Assembly: GCA_021372535.1 (NCBI GenBank)
Contig: JAJFUH010000149.1
Location: forward strand, 10,803 to 74,802
DNA from: a bacterium
GTDB lineage: Bacteria; Latescibacterota; Latescibacteria; Latescibacterales; Latescibacteraceae
DNA: 64,000 bases
Direction: 5' to 3'
Numbering within the stretch: the first letter of the stretch is position 1; every line of letters starts with the position of its first letter. The position numbers were made by a program, and so were the translations under genes. The notes beneath the pieces are model-generated. The model was given only the letters and a program-made list of their open reading frames with translations. It did not search any database and was not told the DNA's origin. Shown here one piece after another: positions 39,776-48,782 of this stretch.

Positions 39776-42604
39776 TTATTGTATTGGCAGCGCTTTGCCG
39801 CCGACTTTTATAAATCCCAGAGCCGCGGAATCACCGGCCAGTACTTTTGCGCCCGCACCTTCGATACTTATTTCAAAGAAGCCGGATTCTTTTGTAAGGG
39901 AAAGCTCCAGTTCTCCCGCCCTGAGCGATTTGCCCCCGTACAGCGCTACATAAGTAACCTTCCCGTTACGGTCATACCGGACATGGCAGAGCTCCCCATC
40001 GAACAGAATTGAAGGTTCACGTACAGCAAGAATCCTGTCGGACGCCCTTGACGGAGCGAGTTTGAGGGGATTTTCGACATCCGCGGCGACAAACACATCC
40101 CTGTGGCCGTCAGCGAGGCTTATCTCGACCGCCGCATTGGTATCGGGATAGGGTTTTCCGTTTTCCGTAACGAGCGGCAGCCGGCGGATACGCAAAATGT
40201 TCGATGATTTCCCGTACGGCTCGATGAGACTGATAAAAGTCGAAACGAGCGGGGCTTTTTCTGCCTGACGGCGGACCATGATGCGGGGAATCCAGAGCTC
40301 CTGATTCTCGTTGTATGAGCTGACCGTTATCCACCCTTCCGCCGTATACGCCTGCGCGCCCTCAGTAAGGTCGCAGTACCGGACATGAATATCGGAGCCG
40401 TTCGGAAGATAACCGAGCCTGTCCTCGACCTTCCAGTCGACTTCCCACCCGGGAGCGGGCGAACCGTCAACCCTGAAATTGCGCATGATCGTGTCGTGCC
40501 CGTAATCGGCGGCGGGTTTCAGGGATAGTCCTTTCGTCGCTATCGAGCCAAAATGGCTCTGCATGAATTTTGCATGATCGGTTCCGCCGACCACGCGGAA
40601 TATGTCGATAAGATACGAGTCCTCATCCGAAATATCGACGAGCGCGACAGTCCGCTCGTATTGCTCGATACCGTAAAACTCCGGCGCCGAGGCCCTGATA
40701 GCTCTGAAACGGTTTCCATCAGCCCAAAGGGTCGTTCTGCCGATGTGGCGAGTCCGCGGATTGTCCTGATCCTTCCCGTCGACCACGACCGTGTTGTGAG
40801 CGGCTGTTCTCCTGACCCAGAGCGCACGCTGCGATTCCCAGCCGCCGTACTGGACGGGAGGATAGCCCATTTCCGGCAGGAGGTCGAGCCTTTTTGCGAA
40901 CAGGCCGAGATTCATGCCGTCGATGTGGCTGTGACGCTCCCCCGTATCGTAATCGAGCCAGAACGCCCGGGCATTCTCTCCCCTGCCCGAACGCATTATC
41001 GCGAGACACCACTGCTCTTTGTTTACGCTGCCGACCTCGATTGTGGTTCCCTTTGTCTTTATGACATCGGCGACCGTTTTTTGGAATTCCTCCGGATCAT
41101 CGGCGAAAAGGTCCCATGGCAGATTGTCGACCGAATTGCCGTTTTCACGGTACAAGACCTGTACATATGCGGGATCGCCGGTCAAAACGTAGAGGTCCCG
41201 GAGAAAGCTGAACATCGATGTATCGACGCCCGGGCTTCTGGTTGTCCGTGCGGTTGGATAAGAGGTTACCTTCTGGGCGAATCCCCCGGTGTCGCCGCTG
41301 AGCGGATAGTATTCCCCGTTGAACCATGTGTCGATATGGAACCGCCAGGTTTTACGGAGATTCGGGTGACGTTCCACAATATCCGGGAGAAATGTCGAGT
41401 CCATCCGGGCGAACATCTCGAAAAAATGGGCGAGGATATTGATGGGATACGATGAATAGCTGGCAAGCCCCTTCTCGCCGCTCAAACCGTCCACCCCGGA
41501 GGAATTTTCAGCCATGGTATCGATGATCGCGTACACTTCCCCTCGGTTCTCCGGCCAGCCGAGCACCGTGTGGGTCACGGCAAGGGATACTTCCGTGGCG
41601 GGATAGTTGGAATTGATCTTGTGACGGTTTGTTATGGCATCCCGGAGTATGCCGTTCTCGATGTTGTCCTGGATGAGACCGAACGATGTTTTCGGATTGG
41701 ACAGGCCGTACGCTTTCGCTTTTCCGGAGAGGAACGCGACAAGCTCGCGGTCATCGCGGAGCGCCTCGAACACCTGATCGTAGGCGATGACGATCTGATA
41801 GTGTTCCACACAGGCGTCGTGCCATGTCGACACATACCCGGTAGCGCCTTTCCGTTCGTAGACAAGGCCTTCCTTCCCGAAATCGAAGGTCCCGTAGAGA
41901 TCGGCCACACGGTCGAGGAGAATTCCCGCCTTGTGGGCATAGGCTTTGTCCCCGGTGACAGTGTACGCTTCGGCGAGGTCACGTATTCCGGCCACAATCG
42001 CCTGTTTCCACTGGCCGTAGATGAGGTACGCGCCGATAAAACGCCAGCGTTTGGTACCCTCGACATATCCCTCGCCGTCATCGACCCCGAACAGATGGAG
42101 CGAATCGGCCGGATCGGGATGTTCGGCGTTGAAGAGCAGCTTCCTGTCCGCACGGGCGGGCATGAATACGCCGTGCTCATCGAGACCGGAGCGGTAAAAC
42201 GCATAAAAGTCATTCGTGGGGAAAATCGCCCCGCAGTGCGGACACTGCACTTTCCATGGCATCCCGAGAGCATCGACTTTCCATGAATACATGCGGACAT
42301 CTTTATGGCAGGCCGGACAGTATCCGTCCGACCATACCATCCACGAGCGGCTGATAGTATTGCCGAACATCATGTTCCAGAGCTCGTCGTCGGAGTATTT
42401 CATCCACGGCTGCGCCGCCGAAACGATACTGTTTTTGATCTCCGCCGCCCAGGGATACTTTTCAGCGTTCAAGCGAGCTTTCCGAACCATGTCCGCGGTA
42501 TAGAGCACGCTGTGTGTTTTTCCGGCGACGGTCTGCGCTGCTGGTGTATCGGAGAATAGAATACATGCGGTGATTATATACAGGGTCAGGTATATGTATC
42601 GCAT
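39776..42604 (-). CDS. heparinase II/III-like (polysaccharide-lyase-fold) secreted protein
   Basis: 942 aa from ATG 42604 (GGGAGGA RBS, then signal peptide MRYIYLTLYIITACILFS). HSHIDGMNLGLFA motif of the heparinase II/III C-terminal domain. N-terminal CPACH-x22-CPHCG zinc-ribbon-like pair. Confidence 0.65.
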   Translation of the reverse strand: MRYIYLTLYIITACILFSDTPAAQTVAGKTHSVLYTADMVRKARLNAEKYPWAAEIKNSIVSAAQPWMKYSDDELWNMMFGNTISRSWMVWSDGYCPACHKDVRMYSWKVDALGMPWKVQCPHCGAIFPTNDFYAFYRSGLDEHGVFMPARADRKLLFNAEHPDPADSLHLFGVDDGEGYVEGTKRWRFIGAYLIYGQWKQAIVAGIRDLAEAYTVTGDKAYAHKAGILLDRVADLYGTFDFGKEGLVYERKGATGYVSTWHDACVEHYQIVIAYDQVFEALRDDRELVAFLSGKAKAYGLSNPKTSFGLIQDNIENGILRDAITNRHKINSNYPATEVSLAVTHTVLGWPENRGEVYAIIDTMAENSSGVDGLSGEKGLASYSSYPINILAHFFEMFARMDSTFLPDIVERHPNLRKTWRFHIDTWFNGEYYPLSGDTGGFAQKVTSYPTARTTRSPGVDTSMFSFLRDLYVLTGDPAYVQVLYRENGNSVDNLPWDLFADDPEEFQKTVADVIKTKGTTIEVGSVNKEQWCLAIMRSGRGENARAFWLDYDTGERHSHIDGMNLGLFAKRLDLLPEMGYPPVQYGGWESQRALWVRRTAAHNTVVVDGKDQDNPRTRHIGRTTLWADGNRFRAIRASAPEFYGIEQYERTVALVDISDEDSYLIDIFRVVGGTDHAKFMQSHFGSIATKGLSLKPAADYGHDTIMRNFRVDGSPAPGWEVDWKVEDRLGYLPNGSDIHVRYCDLTEGAQAYTAEGWITVSSYNENQELWIPRIMVRRQAEKAPLVSTFISLIEPYGKSSNILRIRRLPLVTENGKPYPDTNAAVEISLADGHRDVFVAADVENPLKLAPSRASDRILAVREPSILFDGELCHVRYDRNGKVTYVALYGGKSLRAGELELSLTKESGFFEISIEGAGAKVLAGDSAALGFIKVGGKALPIQ

Positions 42605-42715
42605 CGACCGGAATCCTCCCATGGCTGAAAGATTTTTATAAGTACGCTCCCTGTAAAAACAACGGAACATTTTTTCCGGCAGAATTACCACATAAAATCA
42701 TTTACGATTCTGAAA

Positions 42716-42780
42716 GATGCTGAATCAAGTTCAGCATGACGGCTCTTATACCACCCAGATTTTATTCCGGGGTCTATTGC
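42716..42780 (+). repeat. double-hairpin dispersed repeat, copy 2
   Basis: GATGCTGAATCAAGTTCAGCATGACGG...ACCCAGATTTTATTCCGGGGTCTATTGC, aligning with the copies at 5848-5905 (minus strand) and 58452-58516. Confidence 0.75.
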
Positions 42781-42826
42781 TCACTATATATATAATTTCA
42801 TTGAACGCATCTTGGTATCAACAGAC

Positions 42827-43669
42827 TTACTTCATTCTCCGGGCAACGCGAAACCCTGAAAAATTGCTTGTGCGGTCCGGCCTGTCGCCGATACGAAATG
42901 TCGACCGGCAGTAGGAAGCATTGTTGAACCAGCTCCCGCCGCGCAGAATACGGTAACCGCCTCCCTCGGAAGCTGCCGGATTATTCTGGGGCCCGCTCGT
43001 GTACTCTCCTTCCCAGTCGAAACACCATTCGAGAATGTTACCGTGCATGTCGTACAATCCCCATGCGTTCGGCACTTTCTGACCGACAGGATGAGACTTT
43101 TCAGCGGCATTTCCACGGTCGTTCCCATACCATCCGGCCTTTGCCAGGTCTGCTTCTTCATTTCCCGTATAATACTGAGTCGACGTTCCAGCCCTGCATG
43201 CATACTCCCATTCCGCCTCGGTCGGCAGCCTGAATCCGTTTTTGGTGAAATCACACGCCCATGTGCTCTCATCGTAACACTTCCCGAGCCCCAGTTTTTC
43301 GCTCAGCCTGTTGCAGAATTTCGCCGCATCGATCCAGGTAACACGGTCAGCGGGAAGCCGGTCTTCACCGGTGAAATACGAGGGATTCTCGCCTGTGATT
43401 TCCTTGTACTGTCCCTGCGTGATCTCGGTCTCCCCCATCTCGAACGCATCGAGCGTCACCGAACGGACAGGCTTTTCATCATCCTCGCCATCTTCGCATC
43501 CCATCTGAAAGCTGCCACTGGGAATTGAAATCATGGTGATTCCTTTGGTGGTCTTGAACGGCACATCCTGTCGTTTCAACTGTTTATTCTGTCCTTCTGC
43601 TCCGGTTTCAGCAGCCGTCAGAACAAGAAGAAAAAGTACTGTCATCAAACCAATCGTTTTCCCAAACAT
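42827..43669 (-). CDS. formylglycine-generating-enzyme (SUMF1/EgtB/PvdO) family protein, secreted
   Basis: 280 aa with a signal peptide. RLPTEAEWEYACRAG, HPVGQK..NAWGLYDMHGNILEW and RGGSW motifs. Confidence 0.8.
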   Translation of the reverse strand: MFGKTIGLMTVLFLLVLTAAETGAEGQNKQLKRQDVPFKTTKGITMISIPSGSFQMGCEDGEDDEKPVRSVTLDAFEMGETEITQGQYKEITGENPSYFTGEDRLPADRVTWIDAAKFCNRLSEKLGLGKCYDESTWACDFTKNGFRLPTEAEWEYACRAGTSTQYYTGNEEADLAKAGWYGNDRGNAAEKSHPVGQKVPNAWGLYDMHGNILEWCFDWEGEYTSGPQNNPAASEGGGYRILRGGSWFNNASYCRSTFRIGDRPDRTSNFSGFRVARRMK

Positions 43670-43811
43670 GATAACTCTCCTGCGCTGTAAGTTTTTTCAT
43701 CTTTTCACAGCATAACAACCTGACAATACAATATACGTCAATAAAAATTTCTTTTTCAAGCAAAAGAATCTATACCGGCACCCCCCCATTTTATAATAAG
43801 ACTTTTTATAT

Positions 43812-43960
43812 GATACTTTCCTTTGCGCGCCTAAAGGAAAGTATCCAAAGGAAAAGGCGCCCGTGAAAAGCCTTTTCCCCGTTCACTGCCCGTTTTTCGG
43901 GAATGTGTGAACTCGCGAATCTGCGGCACGCTCGGACAGCACACATTCTTTTTCCGAAAA
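43812..43960. other. cluster of three strong stem-loops in a divergent intergenic region
   Basis: Three stems: a 13-bp stem GATACTTTCCTTT (43812-43824) / AAAGGAAAGTATC (43833-43845); a 9-bp stem GGAAAAGGC (43850-43858) / GCCTTTTCC (43870-43878); and a 16-bp interrupted stem TTTTCGGGAATGTGTG (43894-43909) / CACACATTC..CCGAAAA (43940-43960). Confidence 0.6.
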
Positions 43961-44196
43961 CCGGTTGTGAGCGAGGGGCTTTTCAACGGGATTAAAATTC
44001 ACCAGGTTCCAAAGTCTATATTCTCTTTATAATCAATGTATTACTATACATTTCAATATGGATTTCAGGGGATCGCAAAAGAATCGATGGGGGTATTCAA
44101 TACATGAAATCGAAAAAATCTTATCGGTTTTCCCGCCGAAACTGTTTTGTTGCAAAGCATCGACTCCTGTATTATTATTAAATACCTTAAACAGGT

Positions 44197-45159
44197 ATGA
44201 CTTTTTTATCATCGCGAGGAGATGAAAACGTGGATTTTTCTAAAATAAAAACATTCCCGATCCGTAACAGAACCCATAAAGTGACCGTTTCCCATCTCGG
44301 TTCTATCCCGACGGGGAAAAGTTTCGCCGATTTTTACGATTCCCTTCCCGAAGTCCTCGGCGCCGAAAATCTCAAGCGTGCCGCCCGTGCCATAGCACAC
44401 GCATCCGTCGAAAACAGCGAGGTTATTCTTGCGATGGGCGCTCATCCGGTCAAATGCGGCCTCAGCCCGGTAATCATCGAGCTCATGGAACGGGGCATAT
44501 TCACCTGTGTCGCTCTCAACGGCGCCGGATCGATTCATGATTTCGAACTTTCGTACATCGGGGAAACCTCGGAGGATGTCGCTGAAACCCTTCAGGACGG
44601 CTCGTTCGGCATGGTCGAGGAGACAGGGCGTATTCTCAACGAGGCGATGGCTTCGGGAGTGAACGATGGTCTCGGAGCCGGCGCCGCGGTCGGCCGTTTC
44701 ATAGCGCAGGCCGGATACCCTCACTCAAATCTCAGCATACAGGCAGCCGGATCAAGGCTCGACATCGATATAACCGTCCACATCGCCATGGGAACCGACA
44801 CCATCCACGTTCATCCGAAGGCGGACGGCGCTGTGCTCGGAAAAGCGAGCCATATGGATTTTTCAACCTTCACCGACCATATTGCACGGCTCGAGGATGG
44901 CGTATTCATCAACCTCGGGTCGGCGGTAATTCTGCCCGAGGTTTTTCTGAAAGCCCTTTCGGCGGTACGCAACATGGGCCATGAAGTGCTCCGTTTCACC
45001 ACAATCAACATGGATATGATCAGCCACTACCGTCCATCAGAGAACGTCCTCAAACGGCCCGGCCTGACCGGCGCTCAGGCGATAAACCTCGTCGGCCACC
45101 ACGAGATAATGCTTCCCCTGCTCGCATCGGCGGTGCTCCTCGAAAAAGAGAGGTCATGA
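44197..45159 (+). CDS. hypothetical protein, possibly deoxyhypusine-synthase-like fold
   Basis: 320-aa ORF whose stop lies 1 nt before the hldE start. The segment ILAMGAHPVKCGLSPVIIELMERGIFTCVALNGAGSIHDFE resembles the DS-family core as I remember it. This is a weak assignment. Confidence 0.35.
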   Translation: MTFLSSRGDENVDFSKIKTFPIRNRTHKVTVSHLGSIPTGKSFADFYDSLPEVLGAENLKRAARAIAHASVENSEVILAMGAHPVKCGLSPVIIELMERGIFTCVALNGAGSIHDFELSYIGETSEDVAETLQDGSFGMVEETGRILNEAMASGVNDGLGAGAAVGRFIAQAGYPHSNLSIQAAGSRLDIDITVHIAMGTDTIHVHPKADGAVLGKASHMDFSTFTDHIARLEDGVFINLGSAVILPEVFLKALSAVRNMGHEVLRFTTINMDMISHYRPSENVLKRPGLTGAQAINLVGHHEIMLPLLASAVLLEKERS

Positions 45160-45160
45160 C

Positions 45161-46606
45161 ATGCGGAAACGTCTGGCAATGCTCCTCGATGACATCGTCA
45201 CCGCCTCGGTTACGGTTGTCGGAGACATCATGCTCGATGAATACATCATCGGCGACTCCCACCGGATAAGTCCCGAAGCGCCCGAACCCATCATCGAGGA
45301 ACACGAAAGGATGTACGTTCCCGGCGGCGCGGCGAATGTGGCGGTAAACATCTCCGCACTCGGCGCGCGGGCGCACCTGATAAGCATAATCGGCGACGAT
45401 TCCGACGGCGACAGATTCAGGACGACGCTGTCCGGATCGGGTGTCGATACTTCCGGGCTTGTCACCGTCCCCGGCCGTCCCACGACCCGTAAAACGAGGC
45501 TCATCGCCCGCGGCAACCAGGTGCTCCGCGTGGACCATGAAACGACAGCCCCAATTGACAGCACACTCGAACGTCGCCTTATCGACATGATTCTTGCCAG
45601 TCACGGCGACATTGTCGTTATATCGGATTACGCAAAGGGACTGGTCACGCCGGGACTCGTAAAAGGCCTGACGGGAGCAGGCCGTCGTGTGATCGTCGAT
45701 CCGAAGTCCTCCGATTTCGGCCTGTACGCCGGTTCTTACCTTTTAACGCCGAATCTTTCCGAGATATCTTCTGCTGCGGGTGTCCGCACCCTTTCTGGTG
45801 ATGCGCTCGAACCTTCCTGCCGCGCCCTGATGGCAAAACATTCCATATCAAATATACTCGTGACTCTCGGTTCCGGAGGTATGGCTCTCTTTGAAAAGAC
45901 CCCACCGGCTGTGTATATCCACTCGAGAGCGCGCGAGGTATACGATGTCACCGGCGCCGGAGACACCGTCGTCGCCACACTCTCCGCTGCCGCAGCCGCG
46001 GGAGCCTCTTTGCAGGATGCCTGCACAGTCGCCAACATCGCCGCGGGAATCGTGGTCGGAAAACACTTCACCGCCACAACCTCGCCAAAGGAAATCATGG
46101 CATATGCGTTCGGCCCGACTGCATCGGAAAAAATCGTCGACAGGGAAACGCTCCTGCCCCGCATCGCCGAGCTGAAAAGAACCGGCAACCGTATCGTATT
46201 TACCAACGGGTGTTTCGATCTGCTCCACATGGGTCATATTACCTACCTCAATGAAGCCCGGGGCCTCGGCGATGTCCTCGTCATCGGCATCAATACGGAT
46301 CGTTCCGTCCGCGCGCTCAAGGGCGAGAACCGTCCCATCATCCCCCAGGAGGAGCGGAGCCATGTCATCGCGGCCCTCGAATGCGTGGACTATGTCATTC
46401 TTTTCGATGAGGACACCCCTGCCAATCTAATCGGGGACATCCGTCCCGATGTACTCGTCAAGGGTTCCGATTACTCGAAAGATGAAGTAGTAGGCCATGA
46501 TATCGTCGAGTCGTACGGCGGGACGGTTTCCCTCATACCGCTCGTGGAAAATACATCGACGACATCGATCATCAACCGCATCAAAGATCAGTACAACCAT
46601 GAATGA
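45161..46606 (+). CDS. hldE: bifunctional D-beta-D-heptose 7-phosphate kinase / heptose 1-phosphate adenylyltransferase
   Basis: 481 aa. N-terminal PfkB-type sugar kinase (GAGDT motif) and C-terminal cytidylyltransferase (TNGCFDLLHMGHITYL). Confidence 0.9.
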   Translation: MRKRLAMLLDDIVTASVTVVGDIMLDEYIIGDSHRISPEAPEPIIEEHERMYVPGGAANVAVNISALGARAHLISIIGDDSDGDRFRTTLSGSGVDTSGLVTVPGRPTTRKTRLIARGNQVLRVDHETTAPIDSTLERRLIDMILASHGDIVVISDYAKGLVTPGLVKGLTGAGRRVIVDPKSSDFGLYAGSYLLTPNLSEISSAAGVRTLSGDALEPSCRALMAKHSISNILVTLGSGGMALFEKTPPAVYIHSRAREVYDVTGAGDTVVATLSAAAAAGASLQDACTVANIAAGIVVGKHFTATTSPKEIMAYAFGPTASEKIVDRETLLPRIAELKRTGNRIVFTNGCFDLLHMGHITYLNEARGLGDVLVIGINTDRSVRALKGENRPIIPQEERSHVIAALECVDYVILFDEDTPANLIGDIRPDVLVKGSDYSKDEVVGHDIVESYGGTVSLIPLVENTSTTSIINRIKDQYNHE

Positions 46607-47168
46607 CAGACAGGCAGAACCCCGCCGTTTCGTCTTTATGGACCGTGATGGCGTTATCAATGTGGAACGCGGGGATTACACGACCACCATCGACCAGTGG
46701 CAGTGGGCGGAGGGGGCGCTTGAAGGAATCAGAAAGCTGACCGAAGCCGGCTTCGGGATAATCGTCATCACCAATCAGGCATGCATCGCCAAGGGTATAC
46801 AGACCGAAAAGGGACTCGAAAAACTCCATTCGTTCATGCTCGACCGTATCCGGAAAGAAGGCGGCTCGATACTCGGAATCTATCACTGCCCGCACCAGAC
46901 CTCGGACGGGTGTTCATGCCGTAAACCCGAACCGGGCCTTATACTCAGGGCAGCGCTGGAGCACGGCATTACACTGCCCGGAACATTCATGATCGGCGAC
47001 TCTCTCCGTGACATGGAGGCGGGACGTCGCGCCGGAACACGGACGATCCTCATCGATACAGGCCCCGGCGCCGACAGTCCACGGACTCAGTTCGAGCCCG
47101 GTGAATTCAGGGCCGGTAATCTTTCGGAAGCAGCGGACATCGTAATCAGAGAATCCGGTTCACGATGA
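46599..47168 (+). CDS. gmhB: D,D-heptose 1,7-bisphosphate phosphatase
   Basis: 189 aa from ATG 46599 (8-nt overlap with hldE). HAD motif FMDRDGVIN, zinc motif CPHQTSDGCSCRKP, and GDSLRD. Confidence 0.85.
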   Translation: MNDRQAEPRRFVFMDRDGVINVERGDYTTTIDQWQWAEGALEGIRKLTEAGFGIIVITNQACIAKGIQTEKGLEKLHSFMLDRIRKEGGSILGIYHCPHQTSDGCSCRKPEPGLILRAALEHGITLPGTFMIGDSLRDMEAGRRAGTRTILIDTGPGADSPRTQFEPGEFRAGNLSEAADIVIRESGSR

Positions 47169-47272
47169 TTTACCCATAACGACAGAATTCGAGAGACAGG
47201 ACACGAAAAAAGTATTTTTTTTTACTTCTGCCTTTTACCTTTTACCTTCTGCCTTTTTTTAACGGAAGTACC

Positions 47273-48451
47273 ATGAATCCCGCACGTGTAATCCTGAAAT
47301 CCGGCAGAGAAAGACCCGTTCTCAACGGCAATCCCTGGGTATATTCGGGTTCGGTCGGCCGTATCGAGGGTCTCGAAAAGGATGGCCAGCCCTGCGAAAT
47401 CGTATCGTCTGTCGGTGATTTTCTCGCCACGGGATATGTCAATCCGCAGTCGAGGATCACCTGCCGGATTCTCTCGCGGGAACGGGTTACTGTCGACCGG
47501 GATTTTTTCGCCGTGAGGATACGTCAGGCGCTGTCCCTCCGCGAAGGTATCACTAATGATTCGACGAACGCCTGCCGTCTTATAAACTCCGAGGGGGACT
47601 TTCTCCCCGGGCTCATCGTCGACCGCTACGGGGACGGCGTCGTTGTACAGTTTCTCACGAGCGGTATGGAATTTTTCCGGGAGGATGTGCTCGCCTGCAT
47701 CGTTGATCTTATCAAACCGTCTTTCATCGTGGAGCGCTCCGATTCGTCCGCCCGTCATGACGAGGGACTCGAAACGGCCTGCAGAATCCTCTCCGGGTCG
47801 CCGGGCGATCTGGTGGAAATCGTCGAAAACGCTCTCCGGTTCCGCGTCGACCTGCTCAACGGCCAGAAAACCGGATTCTACCTCGACCAGCGTGATGCAC
47901 GGCGGTTGTTCATGAGCCATACGGTCGGGAAACGGATTCTCAATCTCTTTTCCTACACCGGCGGATTTTCCGTGGCCGCAGCCGCGGGAGGAGCGAACGA
48001 GGTGACTTCGGTGGATTCTTCGGGCCCGGCGCTTTCACTCGCCCGCGAGAACATGGCGCTCAACGGTTTCGGGAGCCTCCCGGGGGATTATATCAAAGAG
48101 GATGCTTTTACATACCTCAATTCCGTGAACTCCACGTGGGACTGCATCGTTATCGATCCCCCCGCCTTCGCGACAAAAAAAACCATGGTGGATAAAGCCG
48201 CCCGCGGATATAAGGACCTCAATCTCCGAGCGCTTAAGATCATGAATACCGGCGGCATTCTCGCGACATTCTCCTGCTCGTACCATATCGGCATGACACT
48301 CTTCCGGCAGATCGTGTACGCGGCGGTCACCGATTCGGGTCGTCAGGCGCAGGTCATCGCACAGACAGCCCACCAACAGGATCACCCGTTCAATGTCTGC
48401 CATATCGAGGGTGAATACCTGAAAGGTATTTTTCTCCGGGTTACAGGATGA
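47273..48451 (+). CDS. rlmI: 23S rRNA m5C methyltransferase RlmI-like (PUA + class I SAM MTase)
   Basis: 392 aa. N-terminal GNPWVYSG motif, central QKTGFYLDQR, and SAM-binding NLFSYTGGFSV ... DPPAF. Confidence 0.8.
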   Translation: MNPARVILKSGRERPVLNGNPWVYSGSVGRIEGLEKDGQPCEIVSSVGDFLATGYVNPQSRITCRILSRERVTVDRDFFAVRIRQALSLREGITNDSTNACRLINSEGDFLPGLIVDRYGDGVVVQFLTSGMEFFREDVLACIVDLIKPSFIVERSDSSARHDEGLETACRILSGSPGDLVEIVENALRFRVDLLNGQKTGFYLDQRDARRLFMSHTVGKRILNLFSYTGGFSVAAAAGGANEVTSVDSSGPALSLARENMALNGFGSLPGDYIKEDAFTYLNSVNSTWDCIVIDPPAFATKKTMVDKAARGYKDLNLRALKIMNTGGILATFSCSYHIGMTLFRQIVYAAVTDSGRQAQVIAQTAHQQDHPFNVCHIEGEYLKGIFLRVTG

Positions 48452-48506
48452 TAAGGAAAGCCTTTCAGGAATAATTAACCCGTCAATTCACAAAGTTTAA
48501 TAGAAC

Positions 48507-48541
48507 GCGGATTTACGCGGATCAGGCGGATTTACGCGGAT
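48507..48541. repeat. short tandem repeat (2 x GCGGATTTACGCGGAT)
   Basis: GCGGATTTACGCGGAT at 48507-48522 and again at 48526-48541, separated by CAG. Each unit itself contains two GCGGAT cores. Confidence 0.8.
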
Positions 48542-48782
48542 TTGTTTTTTAAATATCTTTTTGGTGTCAATGATTAATTGTCACTAAAATTAGTATTAAT
48601 AATCTATTATGTCTCTTTGTGGAGAGATATTTTCACGAATAATCCGGGCAGAAAAAACCGTCACAAAAAATATATAATATATTTTTAGCTATATTACTAT
48701 AATTTTTGGGAACATTGCTTTTTATTCAGCGTTTCATTATTATAGGTGTTATAATTATTCTCATCATTCGAAAGGAAAACCA

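Noticed and set aside
47224-47258. Pyrimidine-rich direct repeats (ACTTCTGCCTTTT / ACCTTCTGCCTTTTT) just upstream of rlmI
   Set aside because: This is a low-complexity tract with no recognisable regulatory consensus. It may simply be a spacer or ribosome-loading region, so it is noted but unsupported.
48507-48541. Possible CRISPR array
   Set aside because: There are only two 16-nt units separated by 3 nt, no spacers of CRISPR length and no cas genes. I saw no CRISPR-like array anywhere in the window.
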